A DNA stretch of 64,000 bases, taken from the NCBI GenBank assembly GCA_964016885.1, contig OZ024741.1, positions 121,458,001-121,522,000 on the forward strand. Reading direction: 5' to 3'. Origin of the DNA: Eledone cirrhosa. Its lineage: Eukaryota. How positions within the stretch are numbered: position 1 is the stretch's first letter; every line of letters starts with the position of its first letter. This document shows, piece by piece, positions 1 to 13,454 of the stretch. The translations under genes were made by a program, and so were the position numbers. The notes under the pieces are model-generated. The model was given only the letters and a program-made list of their open reading frames with translations, ran no database searches and was not told where the DNA came from.

Positions 1-2942
1 CTCACTTATGTGGAGTGAAGATGAAAAAACAAAGGAATTCCCACAAGAAATCTACTTGGCAAGAGAACATCAATCGCCAAATAAACCTTCTCCGATCTGA
101 CATAGAAATTTTAACAAACTATAAAGTAGGTGAACATGTTAAACAAACTAAACTTAGAAAATTGAAAAAAAAGTACAGTATAAAATCAACATGTGACATA
201 GACATGCTGATAGAAATAATCAAGCAAAAAGTGTCGGCCAAAGCTGCTCGTATAAGGCGCTTTGAAAAACGATCTAGATTCTATAAGGACAATAATATGT
301 TCAAAAACAACCAAAGAAACTTCTACAGAAAAATTGGTAAGTCAACAATAACTGCTAAATCAATACCACCCAAGGAGGAAGTGCAAGAATTCTGGGAAAA
401 GATCTGGGCCGAAGAAAAAGTTCATAACATACATGCCCCATGGATAGACAGACAAATGAAAGATACAGCTCACCTTGAGGAACAAACATGGGAAAATATA
501 ACAGTTGAACAGTTGCGCTTGGCTCTAAAAAAACCAGCAAATGGAAATCCCCAGGAAAAGACAAAATACAAAACTTTTGGATAAATGCCTTCACAGAGTC
601 TCATGAGCTGTTAGCCCAACTTTACAATGAAATAGTTAAGGAGCCAGAAAAGATACCACCATGGCTAGTTAACGGCATTACATTCCTGCTTCCGAAGAAT
701 GATGAGACAAACAATCCCAAAACTTACAGACCGATAACTTGCTTGACCACAATGTATAAAATTTTAACATCAGTCCTAACTGAATACACATATGACCACC
801 TGATAACAAATGACCTATTTCCCATTGAGCAGAAAGGGTGTAAACGAGGCTCATATGGCTGTAAGGATTAGCTTCTGGTTAACGAAATGATACTGGAAGA
901 TTGTCATAATAGACACAAAAATCTATCGATTGCTTGGATAGATTATAAAAAAGCATTCGATAGTTTGCCACACAGTTGGATTGAAAAATGTTTAGAGATT
1001 TTCAAAATATCCCCCGTTGTCAGGAGGTTTTTGTCATTCAGTATGAAGACATGGAAAACGACACTCCTTTTGAATAGTGAAACAAAATCACTGGAAGCTG
1101 GAGAAGTTAATATTAATTGTGGAATTTTTCAGGGTAACTCTTTATCACCGCTTTTATTCTGCATCGCACTTATACCATTAAGTAAAATGCTCAATGAAAC
1201 AAAACATGGATATAAAGTCTATGACAAAACCATTAATCACCTGTTCTACATGGATGACCTGAAACTATTTGCAAAAAATGATGAACAATTGCAAGGGCTA
1301 TTATCCACTGTGAAGCAGTTCAGTGATGACATTAAAATGGAGTTTGGACTAGATAAATGCGCCAAAGCAACGTTCACCAGAGGAAAGCTGCTGAAGAGTT
1401 CAGACATTAATCTTGATCGGGGGAACGTGATAAGAGAACTTGATCAAGAAAAAACTTACAAATATCTAGGTGTTTGTGAAGGAGACGGAATCAAGCACTC
1501 GACAATGAGGGAAAGGATAAGGAAGGAATGTTACCGCAGAGTAAGAGCAATCTTAAGAACGGAATTGAATGCAAGGAATAGGATCGATGCCATAAACACG
1601 CTTGCCATACCAGTAGTAACCTACAGTTACAATGTCATCAACTGGTCAAGTACAGAGATCCGTAGGCTCGATACAAAGATCCGAAAATTCTTAACCATGC
1701 ACAGAATGCATCACCCTAAAGCAGATATAGATAGAATATATCTCCCTAGGAAAGAAGGAGGACGTGGGTTAATCCAGTTAGACATTGCGTTGAAAAAACT
1801 GCAACAATTGGATTATCTACATATCTAAGGGAATCACATGATTGGATGATCAAACTCGTTTTGAAACACGAAAGCATCAAAAGATCATATTCCATTACAA
1901 AAGATGCACAAAGATACAGTAATGAACTACAAATTTCAGAAGTCCCATTTACTGCTGAAATGGCAAACACAGAAAAAGCAAAGCAGGTAAAAGTAACTGC
2001 AAAGAAAGAACTGCTACAGAAACTGGCTAAGAAATGGCAAGAAAAGCCTCTGTATGGAAAATACCCAGAGCGAGCTAACAATCCTGATGTTGACAAAACT
2101 TTAACCCATCAGTGGTTGGCATCCTCTGGACTGAAATCGGAGACTGAAGGACTGATTATATCCGCACAAGATCAGTGTCTGCCAACAAAAAATTACCAAG
2201 CCAACATAATAAAAAATGGGTGCAGCCCATTATGCCGTGTATGCAAAAAACAACCAGAGACCATTGACCATATAATTTCAATGTGCAGTCCTATAGCTCC
2301 AACCGAATACCTAAACAGGCATGACAGAGCTGCACAATACATACATTGGATAATGTGTAAGCATTTTGACCTGCCCCATCAAAAGAATTGGTGGGAGCAT
2401 CAACCACCTCCCATACTTGAAAAAGATCACATCTCAATCTTGTGGAACTTTAGCATCCAAACAGACCGAAAAATAGATGCAAATAGACCTGATATAATAT
2501 TGTAGGACTTTCAAAAGAGGGTATGCCTGCTAATTGATATGTCTGTTCCAATAGACAAGAATGTATCTATAAAAACATTTGAAAAATTGAGCAAGTATAA
2601 GGACCTGGAGATAGAAATTGGAAAAATGTGGAAATTGAGAACTAAAACAATACCAGTGGTTGTAGGCGCTCTGGGAATGATACCTAAGGGGTCTAATGAC
2701 TACTTATCGCAAATCCCAGGAAACCCGCGTATAGGAGAAATGCAAAAGATAGTACTAATGGGAACTGCCCATATACTAAGGAAGATTCTGTCAATATAAG
2801 TACATCACAAGTCTAAACACTAAAGATGAATGTGTGAATATGTATGTTCTTTCTTGAACATGGCGGACCTTGTTGTCTCTTGAGGTCACTGGTTGTGACT
2901 TGGTGATAACTCGTATGAACATAAAGCAAGATAAATGCAACT

Positions 2943-2944
<2 letters not shown>
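1..2944 (+). mobile_element. Dong/R4-clade RLE non-LTR retrotransposon, decayed (5' part outside window)
   Basis: RT motifs (YRPITCL, IDYKKAFDS, GIFQGNSLSP, YMDD), CCHC knuckle CRVC..ETIDHI..C, REL nuclease RPDII..D..EKLSKY; frameshifts near 540 and 1797, stops at 870 and 2505; ends at (TAA)n 2945-3000. Confidence 0.9.
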
Positions 2945-3000
<56 letters not shown>

Positions 3001-3003
<3 letters not shown>

Positions 3004-4630
3004 CTGGAAGATTGTCATAATAGACACAAAAATCTATCAATTACTTGGATAGATTATAAAAAAGCATTCGATAATTTGCCACACAGTTGGATTGAAAAAT
3101 GTTTAGAGATTTTCAAAATATCTCCCGTTGTCAGGAGGTTCCAGTATGAAGACATGGAAAACGACACTCCTTTTGAATAGTGAAACAAAATCACTGGAAG
3201 CTGGAGAAGTTAATATTAATTGTGGAATTTTTCAGGGTGACACTCTATCACCGCTTTTATTCTGCATCGCACTTATACCATTAAGTAAAATGCTCAATGA
3301 AACAAAAATAGGATATAAAGTCTATGACAAAACCATTAATGACTTGTTCTACATGGATGACCTGAAACTATTTGCAAAAAATGATGAACAATTGCAAGGG
3401 CTATTATCCACTGTGGAGCAGTTCAGTGATGACATTAAAATGGAGTTTGGACTAGATAAATGCGCCAATGCAACGTTCACCAGAGGAAAGCTGCTGAAAA
3501 GTTCAGACATTAATCTTGATCGGGGGAATGTGATAAGAGAACTTGATCAAGAGGAAAATTACAAATATCTAGGTGTTTGTGAAGGAGACGGAATCAAGCA
3601 CTCGACAATGAGGGAAAGGATAAGGAAGGAACATTACCGCAGAGTAAGAGCAATCTTAAGAACGGAATTGAATGCAAGGAATAGGATCGATGCCATAAAC
3701 ACGCTTGCCATACCAGTAGTAACCTACAGTTACAATGTCATCAACTGGTCAAGCACAGAGATCCGTAGGCTCGATACAAAAATCCGAAAATTCTTAACCA
3801 TGCACAGAATGCATCACCCTAAGGCAGATACAGATAGAATATATCTCCCTAGGAAAGAAGGAGGAAGTGGGTTAATCCAGTTAGACATTGCGTTGAAAAC
3901 TGCAACAATTGGATTATCTACATATCTAAGGGAATCACATGATTGGATGGTCAAACTCGTTTTGAAACACGAAAGCATCAAAAGATCATACTCCATTACA
4001 AAAGATGCACTCCATTACATACTCCATTACAAAAGATACAGTAATGGACTACAAATTTCAGAAATCCCATTTACTGCTGAAATGGAAAACACAGAAAAAG
4101 CAAAGCAGGTAAAAGTAACTGTAAAGAAAGAACTGCTACAGAAACTGGCTAAGAAATGGCAAGAAAAGCCTCTGTATGGAAAATACCCAGAACGAGCTAA
4201 CAATCCTGATGTTGACAAAACTTTAACCCATCAGTGGTTGGCATCCTCTGGACTGAAATCGGAGACTGAAGGACTGATTATATCAGCACAAGATCAGTGT
4301 CTGCCAACAAAAAATTACCAAGCCAACATAATTGTTTCTACTTTTGGCACAAGGCCATCAATTATTCCAGTGCATTACTGGTACTTTATTTTATCGACCC
4401 CGTAAGGATGAAAGGCAAAGTCAACCTCGGCGGGATTTGAACTCAGATCGTAAAGGGACGTAACTATGCTGGAAAGCCTCGTGTCTGACCCTCTACCGAT
4501 ACTGCCAATCCGACATAATAAAAAATGGATGCAGCCCATTATGCCGTGTATGTAAAAAACAACCAGTGACCATTTACCATATAATTTCAATGTGCAGTTC
4601 TATAGCTCCAACCGAATACCTAAACAGGCC
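3001..4630 (+). mobile_element. second, 5'-truncated tandem copy of the same Dong/R4 family, interrupted by a SINE
   Basis: near-identical to 889-2320; starts directly after the (TAA)n tract. Confidence 0.9.
4332..4512 (-). mobile_element. SINE family 1 inserted in a Dong copy
   Basis: near-identical to the 29417 copy; TSD acataat. Confidence 0.88.
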
Positions 4631-4659
4631 AAGGACAAGGACAATTAGCAAAAGGCCAA

Positions 4660-5598
4660 GGACAATTAGCATCAAATTGGGGGCAGAAACCTCTGCATGG
4701 CAAATATGTGGCCCGTAGCAAACAAGACGATGTTGACCAAAAGCACACCTATCATAGTCAGTGCTAAAGGCGGAGAGTGAAAGCTTCATCTTAGCTGCCC
4801 AAGATCAAAGCTTATTGACTCGTAATTACCAGGCCAATGTGATGAGAAACGGAATAAACCCAAAGTGTCGATTCTGCAATGCTGAGGTTGAAACAGTGGA
4901 TCACTTAGTCTCTGGATGTAAAATTTTAGCACAGAGTTGCCCAATATCTACACTGGGTAATATGTCGGCATTACAAAATCAAAGCTGAAGACAAGTGGTA
5001 CAATCATCACCCTGAGACTGTAACTGAAGAAGAAAAAGTAACAATTCTCTGGGACTTTCCTGTACATACTGACAGGACCATAAAATCAAATAGACCTGAC
5101 ATCATTGTAAAGGATCAACATAAAAAGGTCTGTTTATTGATAGATATGAGCATCCCATGTGATCACAATATCGCGGCAAAAGAATTTGACAAGCTACGAA
5201 AATATAAATATCTGCTTATTGAAATTGAGAAAATGTGGCACCTCAAGGCTGTTACAATACCAGTGATTGTGGGAGGACTGGGAATGATCAAGAAAGGAAC
5301 AGAACAATATTTGCGAATGATTCCTGGTTTACCCTCTCTGCACGAGGTGCAAAAAATTGTTTTGACTGGTACTGCACACGTATTGAGAAGAGCACTATCT
5401 CTCTAAGATTGATATCCCTCCTATTTACATATGCATATGTGTATATATGTATACTAGTTTTTTTAAAATTATAATCAATATGCTGTATTAACTGGCTTAC
5501 CAATGCACACTGTGAATTTATTTGCCCTAGGTGTCAGGAAGACACTCGGCATATATCTCAGAAACAATAATGAAAGAAAATAAAAATGATAATAATAA
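4660..5598 (+). mobile_element. 3' fragment of a different Dong/R4 family
   Basis: KAESESFILAAQDQ..CRFC..ETVDHLVSGC, RPDIIV, VQKIVLTGTAHVLRR; TAA tail. Confidence 0.85.
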
Positions 5599-5713
5599 TT
5601 GTTTCTACTTTAGGCACAAGGCCAGCAAATACCCAGTACATTACTGGTACTTTATTTTATCGACCCCGTAAGGATGAAAGGCAAAGTTAACCTCGGCGGG
5701 ATTTGAACTCAGA
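5599..5713 (-). mobile_element. SINE family 1, 5'-truncated
   Basis: sequence identity to the 29417 copy. Confidence 0.85.
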
Positions 5714-5717
5714 CAAT

Positions 5718-7110
5718 GGTTTCTTTGTTAACCACAAGGGTTGACATAAAGTATAACATTAGGAGAGCACAGGATGGTACAGGACGGTACCAATGGGCAT
5801 TTCTGCGTGTAAAGAAAAAAAGACAAAAACAAAGGAAATGACAAAAAAAAGAAACAAAGGAGAATTCCCTAATAGTGGGGGGGGGGGGACTTACGAGGGA
5901 CACTCGTGGAGAAATCCCATGTTTTTAATGGTGACCCTGACCACCAGCGCAAGTGCCCTCCCCCAGTTTTCCACTTCTAATTTACAGGCGCATACTCAGA
6001 GCAGGCCCATTCACTCGAGCCACGCTTGCCTCTCCCACCCACCTTTCTACAAATTGCTGGGACAGTGGGGGATTTTACACAAAAATTGAGTAAAAATATA
6101 AAAAAATAACGAGAAACAAGAAAAATGCAAACAACAGTGTTCCCCAATAGGGAGAATAACCACGCAGGATCATGGTTATTCTCAGGAACCCCCCCAATCT
6201 TGAACCACCCGACGCATTGAGGGCACCGGGGAAGTGTACCCTTCTCCTCCTCAAATTAGCCAGCCTACAGGCGCATGCTACGGACTATTCTCGTTACATT
6301 CGCTCACCTTTTAACGTTCTACACGCGACAACAGCTGTTCGACATAACTCCACAAGTCAGCAATGCACGGACACTGGACGAGTGCGTGCAGAAAGGTTTC
6401 GTCGCTCTGTGCGCATCTCGGACAGGTCCGTGTAACAGCACTGCCGTGCCTGTAGAGTTTATCACGAGCCGGGAGTGCCATCCTTCGGTAGCACTGCGAA
6501 GCGAGGGATTTCTGGAAGTTATCCATAGCCCCCGACTCGAAAGTCCTCCGGAATAGACTGCTCAGTTCAACTTGATTGACTCCCAGAGCCTCGTTACACA
6601 GGGCATACATTAAAAGGACAATAAGGATGGTACAGAAGGTAGAGTGTGGTTTTTTCTGTGATAGAAAGGTTTATAAAGATGACTAAAAATTAAACTTTTA
6701 AAAATAAAACATAGCAAATTCCCCCAAATTGGGGATACCTCCAAGAGTCACTCATGGAGAAAGCTCACAAAAAGCCATGGTTAGGGCAAGTACCCTCTCA
6801 GATGTTCTCCTCCAATATACAGGCGCATACTCATAGCAAGCCCATTCACACGGACCATGCTCATATCTCTCACCCACCTTTCAACAAACTGTTTGGAAGG
6901 CAACGTTTCCCTTTCACTCCGATTTTTCTCTTCGGGTGAAACCTGAAGAAGTTAATTAGGGCTTCGCCAAAGAGGAAAGTGCTTGTCTTCAACACTTTCA
7001 AGCGTGACCACCACACAACCGCTTTCGCCATGGCCATCAGGCAGATAAAATCCGCCTGTCCTTCTCTAAAGGAAGACGGCGAGGCGATCTTCACAATGGA
7101 CTCAGTTGAT
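5718..7110 (-). mobile_element. nested 3' fragments of Tx1/L1-type LINEs
   Basis: homologous to 53725-54560 (MDNFQKSLA.QCYR..CPRC.Q.DE...HALVQCP; FFRFHPKRKI) with the same 3' terminus. Confidence 0.8.
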
Positions 7111-7149
7111 AAAAAGGAAACAAACAGTGTTGGATCATAGATATAGCCT

Positions 7150-7496
7150 GTCCAACTGATAACATGGTATGATATAAAGAATGAAAAAATGGATAGATAT
7201 GACAGGTTAGGTTGGGAGATTAAGCAGTTGTGGTCTCCGAAAAAGGTGGTGGTAATACCAATAATAGTTGGAGCCTTGGGAACAGTGAATAGCGATCTTG
7301 AGAAGTACATTCAACAAATAGGGGTTGCAATATGGATGGAATACTTACAAAAAACAACATTGCTTGGAACAGCTTGAATACTCTGGAGGGTACGTGAAAA
7401 ATAAGGCCTGTTACCTCAGTTCACTGGTAGTGAACTGCTAACACTGTAATACATCTCTATCGTTAGAAGCTGAGCGAAGAAACAATAATAATAATG
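7150..7496 (+). mobile_element. Dong/R4 3' fragment
   Basis: EIKQLW...VIPIIVGALGTV...QKTTLLGTA; ends in AAT repeats. Confidence 0.75.
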
Positions 7497-7701
7497 ATTT
7501 CTACTATAGGCACAAAACCAGCAATTTTTGGGGAGGAGAAAGTCGATTAAATCAACCCCAGTGCATTACTGGTACTTTATTTTATCGACTCCGTAGGGAT
7601 GAAAGGTAAAGCTAACCTCGGCAGGATTGGAACTCAGAACAAATAAAGTTGTAACTAAATACCGTAAAGCACTTTGCCCGACGCTCTGCCAACACGCCAC
7701 C
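7497..7701 (-). mobile_element. SINE family 1, older variant
   Basis: same central domain (ggtactttattttatcgac..ggatgaaagg) and tail. Confidence 0.8.
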
Positions 7702-7733
7702 ATAGTTGAACATACCGATAACTCAATACTTAC

Positions 7734-7864
7734 CGATATCGATTTCACACGTTTTACCACTATAGCCAGCATAGCAGTTACATTTAGCGCGTTCCCTACC
7801 AAGATTCTGACATGTGCCATTTTGGCAAGGGTTCTTATCGCATGGCAAAGCAATATCGTTACAA
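7734..7864 (-). CDS. exon, EGF-like domain (last exon found in window)
   Basis: ttgcag|T TGT...ATC G|gtaagt; 131 nt, phase 2-1; CDKNPCQNGTCQNLGRERAKCNCYAGYSGKTCEIDI. Confidence 0.92.
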
Positions 7865-8920
7865 CTGCAATGAAAGAATAAAATAAAATAAAATCACAAC
7901 CCAGATAAAAGATAAATTATATATTGGATAGCAAGAAGCCACCGTACCCGTTAGAAACAGTGGCTTTGGTCTCCGGTCTCCGGTCTTGCTAGCTTTGTTG
8001 GCGTTTCTTTTGTCGGTAAACTTTTGCCGTGTCCTCATTAACAGGGTTCTCTACATCACAATAGAACCCACTGTGATCGAGGAACGCGATGTCGCCTGTG
8101 AGACTTGGAATCGGCTCCGACTCCGTCCTGTAGAAGTCCCTCCTCCTCTTCCCCCTGTAGACGTCATGTCTTTCCCGATCATATGGGATGCCATCCAGTG
8201 TGGAATGGCCTCGGACAGGCTAGCGTGCCAGCGCGACCAGCAAGCGCCTCGCATATTTTAGCTCGGCCTCGCAACCTCACAGCGGTGCCTAGCTCAATAC
8301 CTGACCTTTTTCGACTGGCACGCAGTTGAATAATGATAGCCTGTGAATCGGTGTTTGCCTGAAGTTTGGCCTCCGGATCAGCGAGCCACACAGTTGTCGC
8401 TGCGGATCCACAGTAGACTCTTTCAGCCTCCACCCGCTGTCCTGTTGCTACAGTGTCGGCCACCTTCCACGTGATGCTGCTCTCAACGAGATCATAAAGC
8501 ATGGCTTGGATGTTGCAGGCTTCCCCTCGCAGCTGGAGCCGGAGGAGCTGGACCGAGGGGATGGCCAGACGGCATGACCATCTTCCCGTTCTGCAGCGGT
8601 AAACCCCTCATACCACATACAGTGACACTTTCTCCAGCGGCAACCTGGTTCAGTCTGCGACTAATCCAGGCTCTGTTGTACTTCAGACCGAGGAGGGTAA
8701 AAATCTCCAAATATCGGTCGCTCTCCGACAGGTTTGTGGTCGAGCCCGCAACTCCCTACTTACCCTCGTAGACACAGATTTGGCTACCCGCGGGTGTGAG
8801 CTTCGCAAGTTGAATGGCTCTTCCAACGCGTCTCCTTCACTATGCCCCGGAGAAAGGCCTTCTCTATTCTGTCTGCCCGGACCACGGGGTGGCTGGCGTG
8901 TGGGCTCCCATTTATATATA

Positions 8921-9498
8921 ACTAGCAGTGGTACCCGGCGTTGCACAGGATAAGGTATTTTGGAACGCGGGCCGCCAGTAGACCTAAAAACTGCATGCCT
9001 GGACAATATGTAAAGAAAATAAACCGAATACTCTGATGGCTGGATAATCTTTAAGATTTTCCTCGATGAAGCAGGAAAAATGCAGGTTTTCACCTAAGGG
9101 ATCAAGAAAATGAATTTTTTTTATGTGCATAATATGCCTTGAAATTTCGGGAAAATCGGCTAGACGTAACGCCTCCAAAAAGCCCTAAGAAGCTGAAAAA
9201 ATGAAATTTTTCACCTAATGCGGGCCCTAGGCCATAAGAAAGTTGGATTTTCTTTGCTTACGGTATGAAGAAGAGACTGACTAATACATAGTTACAATTT
9301 CAAGGAAATCGGTCTGACGTAACGTCTCAAAAAACCCCCTAAAAATGTTAAACAACGCAGTTTTTCACCTAATGCGGGCCCTAGGAGATAAAAAAAAGTT
9401 GAATTTTTATGTGCATAACACTCCCTGAAACATAAGTAATACACATGTAAAGTTTGAAAAAAGTCGGTTGGGTACTTTTCGAGTTTTAGGGATTCAAA

Positions 9499-9562
<64 letters not shown>

Positions 9563-9567
9563 TCCTC
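8921..9567 (+). mobile_element. Helentron/HINE (DINE-1-like) non-autonomous element
   Basis: 5' ACTAGCAG..ACCCGGCGTTGC, internal sub-repeats, 3' (CA)n-cagacatcctc; a partial second copy at 9740-9867. Confidence 0.6.
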
Positions 9568-9906
9568 AAGGAAGTGACGTAATGCAGACAGGCAGACATA
9601 CAGACAGATATTATAAGGGCGCGATGTTATAAGTATGTATCTATCTAAAAAGAGAAAGACTAAGAATTATAGAGCGAGATCGCTAAATCGCCTAATGTGG
9701 TCTCTGGGGCATAGAAAATCTGAAATCTTTTTTGCTCAGAACACTCCCTGAAACATAAGTATTACATGTGTAAAGTTTGAAAACAGTCGGTTGAGTGGTT
9801 CTTGAGTTTTAGGGATTCGAACTCACACACACACAGACAGACATCCTCAGTTTTATATATATATAGACTAGCAGAAAACCGCCCACCGGATGGTTTTCTG
9901 CTAGTA

Positions 9907-9945
9907 TATATATATATTACACACACAGAAATGTATATATATTTC

Positions 9946-9976
<31 letters not shown>

Positions 9977-10132
9977 TACACACAGAAATGTATATATATT
10001 TCTGTCTGTATATATATATATATATATATTACACACAGAAATGTATATATATTACACACAGAAATGTATATATATTTCTGTGTGTGTATATATATATATA
10101 TTACACACACACAGAAATGTATATATGTTTCT
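9907..10132. repeat. compound (TA)n minisatellite with palindromic acagaaat..atttctgt units
   Basis: direct inspection. Confidence 0.8.
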
Positions 10133-10519
10133 GTAGCACTCCTCAATTACCCCCTCTCTCCCTCTTGTAGTCTGTCTCTTTCTTTCACTCTCACTCTCTC
10201 TCTCTACGCGTCCGCAAAAAACATTCGCACGCGTGCACGTGTTTCCACTGTCGGACAGACAGATAGACAATTGCTGGTTATATATTATAAGGCGATAGTG
10301 AGAGATGGGGAGTGAGAGAGACGGAGGCAGTGAGATAAAACAGGTAGAAACAAGTCATGCCTTTAGGTAAATTACACAGCAACAATCTAAAGAGTTATAT
10401 AGGTTCTGGAAGCTGTATGGCCGAATGGTTCACTTCGTAATAATAATATATGTAAGCCATAGATCACTCACTTCATATCACTCTCTCCTCCTCTCTTCCA
10501 TACACTCTAACAAATATAT

Positions 10520-10558
<39 letters not shown>

Positions 10559-10724
10559 AGATTCAGGACCCCGACGGCTGAGCTCCGGCCGTTTCAACTA
10601 GATCCGAATATATATATATATATCCGAATATATATATATATATCCAATCCAATCCAGGGCCTTTTCACTCCTACCGGAAGAACCCCTCCCTGATTAATCT
10701 CCACCGTTTTCTGTTTTGGTTTTG

Positions 10725-10927
10725 TGAGGGGTGTAGCCGTACTCACCACACATGGCCATTGCGGGTTGGTGAGGCTATTCAACCCATAGCTGGGTAAATT
10801 CATTTCTACAGCTGAGTGAAATAAGGTGTTTTGCTCAAGAACACAACGCAAAGCCCGGTCCGAGAATTGAACTCACAACCTAAGGATAGTAAGCCGGATG
10901 CCCTAACCACTAAGCCATGCGCCTTCA
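10725..10927 (-). mobile_element. tRNA-derived SINE family 2 (other copies near 45535-45660, 48890-49105, 52225-52415)
   Basis: GAAGGCGCATGGCTTAGTGGTTAGG A box, GAGTTCAATTC B box, gttgtgttcttgagcaa. Confidence 0.75.
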
Positions 10928-11070
10928 CCTGCACCCCCCCCCATATATATGTCTTTTTGACACACCTCGTAATCAACTAAATAATCTACAAAGCAGTAGC
11001 TCCAGCATAACCACATTCCAATAACTGGCACTAACAAAAGTATAAAAGAATAGTATATTATAAAACGTAC

Positions 11071-11200
11071 AGTATGCCAGAGTATCCACTTGGACAGTGG
11101 CATTGGAAAGAATTTAACTTGTTGATGCATATTCCACCATTAAAGCATTTGTTAGTTGTACAGGTTTTCTCTACATTTTCACACTGTGTACCGTTGGTTC
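11071..11200 (-). CDS. exon, EGF-like domain
   Basis: caacag|GA ACC...ATA CT|gtacgt; 130 nt, phase 1-2; GTNGTQCE...CFNGGICINKLNSFQCHCPSGYSG. Confidence 0.9.
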
Positions 11201-11812
11201 CTGTTGAAAGCAAGAATAAGAGTATTAATGAATTGATCTTACGAGCATGTAAAGTTTCTGTTTACCAAATTTTACTTTGGCAGCATTAGTCACCACGAAG
11301 CTATAGCTGAACGTACGCGTTGAAAGTGTCACGCACTGGAATTGGACACGAAACTACGTGGCTTCCAAGCAAAGTCTTAATCACGCAGCTACCTTTTAGA
11401 TCTTTATAGAAGTATATAAATATTAAGATGATAGATGTTTATAGATGAACATATGTGAAATATATTTCACATTTCCCATTACAAAACGGGAATGCAATCC
11501 TGTCAGTTTCGACAATGAGTGTTCCGGTTGCTCACCAACTGAACATCCTGCTCACGAAATTAACGTTGAACATTTCACAGACACATAATTCTCAATGAGA
11601 TTCTGCGTGACTCTAAGAAATACAGGCATAGTCAATTCGACGGGCTTCCAATAGGTGTCCGTCTACCTATTTACACCCACAAGAGGCTTGAGTCGCTCTG
11701 AGGCTTTGATAGATAAAACTTGTCGAAGTCGATACGTAATGGTATCCAACCTGGGTCCTAATGATTCTGAAGGCAGCTTCTTAACCATACTTTACAATGT
11801 ATATATGTATGT

Positions 11813-12135
11813 ACCCGTAACTCCTGGTGAAGTCGCAGGGGTGCTGTGGTGACATACGGTGTTTCTTGGATATTTTAAATCTGGTGGAGCTCATCTCCTC
11901 CTCTCTAGGTTTGAACACAGCCGACAACTTCCAGGCAATCATAGTGATGGAGAAAATAAGAAATAGATATAAAGGAAGAATCGACCCCAGTACAAGTCAA
12001 GTAGATTTTTTTAAATGATCCTGAAAAGATGAAAGACAAAGTTGAACTTGACGAGATTTGAAACAGAGTGAAGAGAGCCGAAACGGTTACCGCAGTGCAT
12101 TCTATCCAACGTTCTAACGACTCAGTCAATTCGGT
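11813..12135 (-). mobile_element. long-tailed SINE variant (other copies 12649-12961, 29632-29967, 38553-38715, 51736-52120)
   Basis: family 1 head and core, then a (TC)-rich linker and a different ~120-nt tail ending ..ggagttacggg. Confidence 0.7.
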
Positions 12136-12169
12136 GCCTTTAGATGAATATAAATAATTGATTACATAC

Positions 12170-12283
12170 CTGAAGGACAATCACATTCAAATGTTGAAGC
12201 CTTGGCTGTACAATTACCATTGTTATAACACGGGCTGGATAAACACATATTTACCTCCTTTTCACACTTTGATCCATCGAATC
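12170..12283 (-). CDS. exon, EGF-like domain
   Basis: atatag|GA TTC...TCA G|gtatgt; 114 nt; GFDGSKCEKEVNMCLSSPCYNNGNC...FECDCPS. Confidence 0.92.
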
Positions 12284-12430
12284 CTATATTGAAACAAAAG
12301 AATACACAATTTATATATATAAATATATATTGCAAGATATGTCAACATGAATGGACCTATTATTTTTATCTAAATACATTTTTTCCAATTCCATCCCGCC
12401 GTCCCCTTAATCTATTTTATTTCTCATTCT

Positions 12431-12468
12431 TTCTTCTGATGAAGGACTAGCGTCCGAAACGTTAAGAA
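12431..12468 (+). ncRNA. minimal type-I hammerhead ribozyme motif
   Basis: UUCUU-CUGAUGA-A-GGAC(UAGC)GUCC-GAAACGUU-AAGAA. Confidence 0.75.
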
Positions 12469-12574
12469 CCTCTTCCTGCTATATCAAGCGTTAACCTAAT
12501 ATATACCTTCCATATACTGTACCGATTGAGTTGTTATATCTGTTTACCTTTTACATACATATATATATATATAT

Positions 12575-12631
<57 letters not shown>

Positions 12632-13113
12632 TGTCTTCTCTCTTTTTGTCCCGTAATTCCTGATGGAGTCGTAGGGCCACCGTATATACATACGGCGTTT
12701 TTTGGGCATTTTAAGCCTGGCGGAGCCGACCCCTCTCCAGGCCCGAGTACAGCAGGATAGAAAGTGACAGAGATGAAATAAGAAAGAGATATAGAGGCAG
12801 AATTGACCCCAGTACTAGACTGGTACTTTTTGTTTATCGAACTCGAAAGGATGAAAGGCAATGTTGACCTCGGCGGGATTTGAACTCCGGCAGAAAGCCA
12901 GAACGATTACCATGAAGCATTCTATCCAGCCTTGTAATGACTCTGCCAATTCGCCGCCTTCATACATATATATATATGCATATATATATACATTTATATA
13001 TATATGTATATACATATATTCTAAATATAAAGAATATATATATCTTTTACTCTTTTACCTGTTACAGCCATCAGGCTGAGGCCATGCTGGGGCACCGCCC
13101 TTGAAAAATATAG

Positions 13114-13162
13114 TTCCCATGCCGGGAATGGAACCTCGGCCGCCTGGGTGAGAGCCAGGAAT
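13114..13162 (-). pseudogene. 5'-truncated tRNA-Glu(CTC) fragment
   Basis: ATTCCTGG-CTCTCAC-CCAGGCGGCCGAGGTTCCATTCCCGGCATGGGAA then a T-run; D arm missing. Confidence 0.7.
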
Positions 13163-13410
13163 ATATATAAAGAATATATATATATATATATGACATTTTT
13201 TTATAAAAAAACAAAAGAAAAAGAAAAATACAAGATTTTCTACACGGGTGAAAGTATGGGGAAAAGAAATTGAAAATACGACTGGAGTCTTTTTAAGAAT
13301 ATTTATTTATTTTTTTTACCGGTTTCACAGTTATTATGCTTTTCAAAAGTAAAATTGAGATGGAGGGTTTGTGGTTTGGAGAGGACAAACCACAAACCCT
13401 CCATCTCAAT

Positions 13411-13454
13411 TTTACTTTTGAAAATCATAATAACTGTGAAACCGGTAAAGAAAA
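13411..13454 (+). ncRNA. short U3-A8 hammerhead-like motif (inverted copy at 13310-13353)
   Basis: UUUACUU-UUGAAAA-(G/U)CA..UGU-GAAA-CCGG-UA-AAG. Confidence 0.55.
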
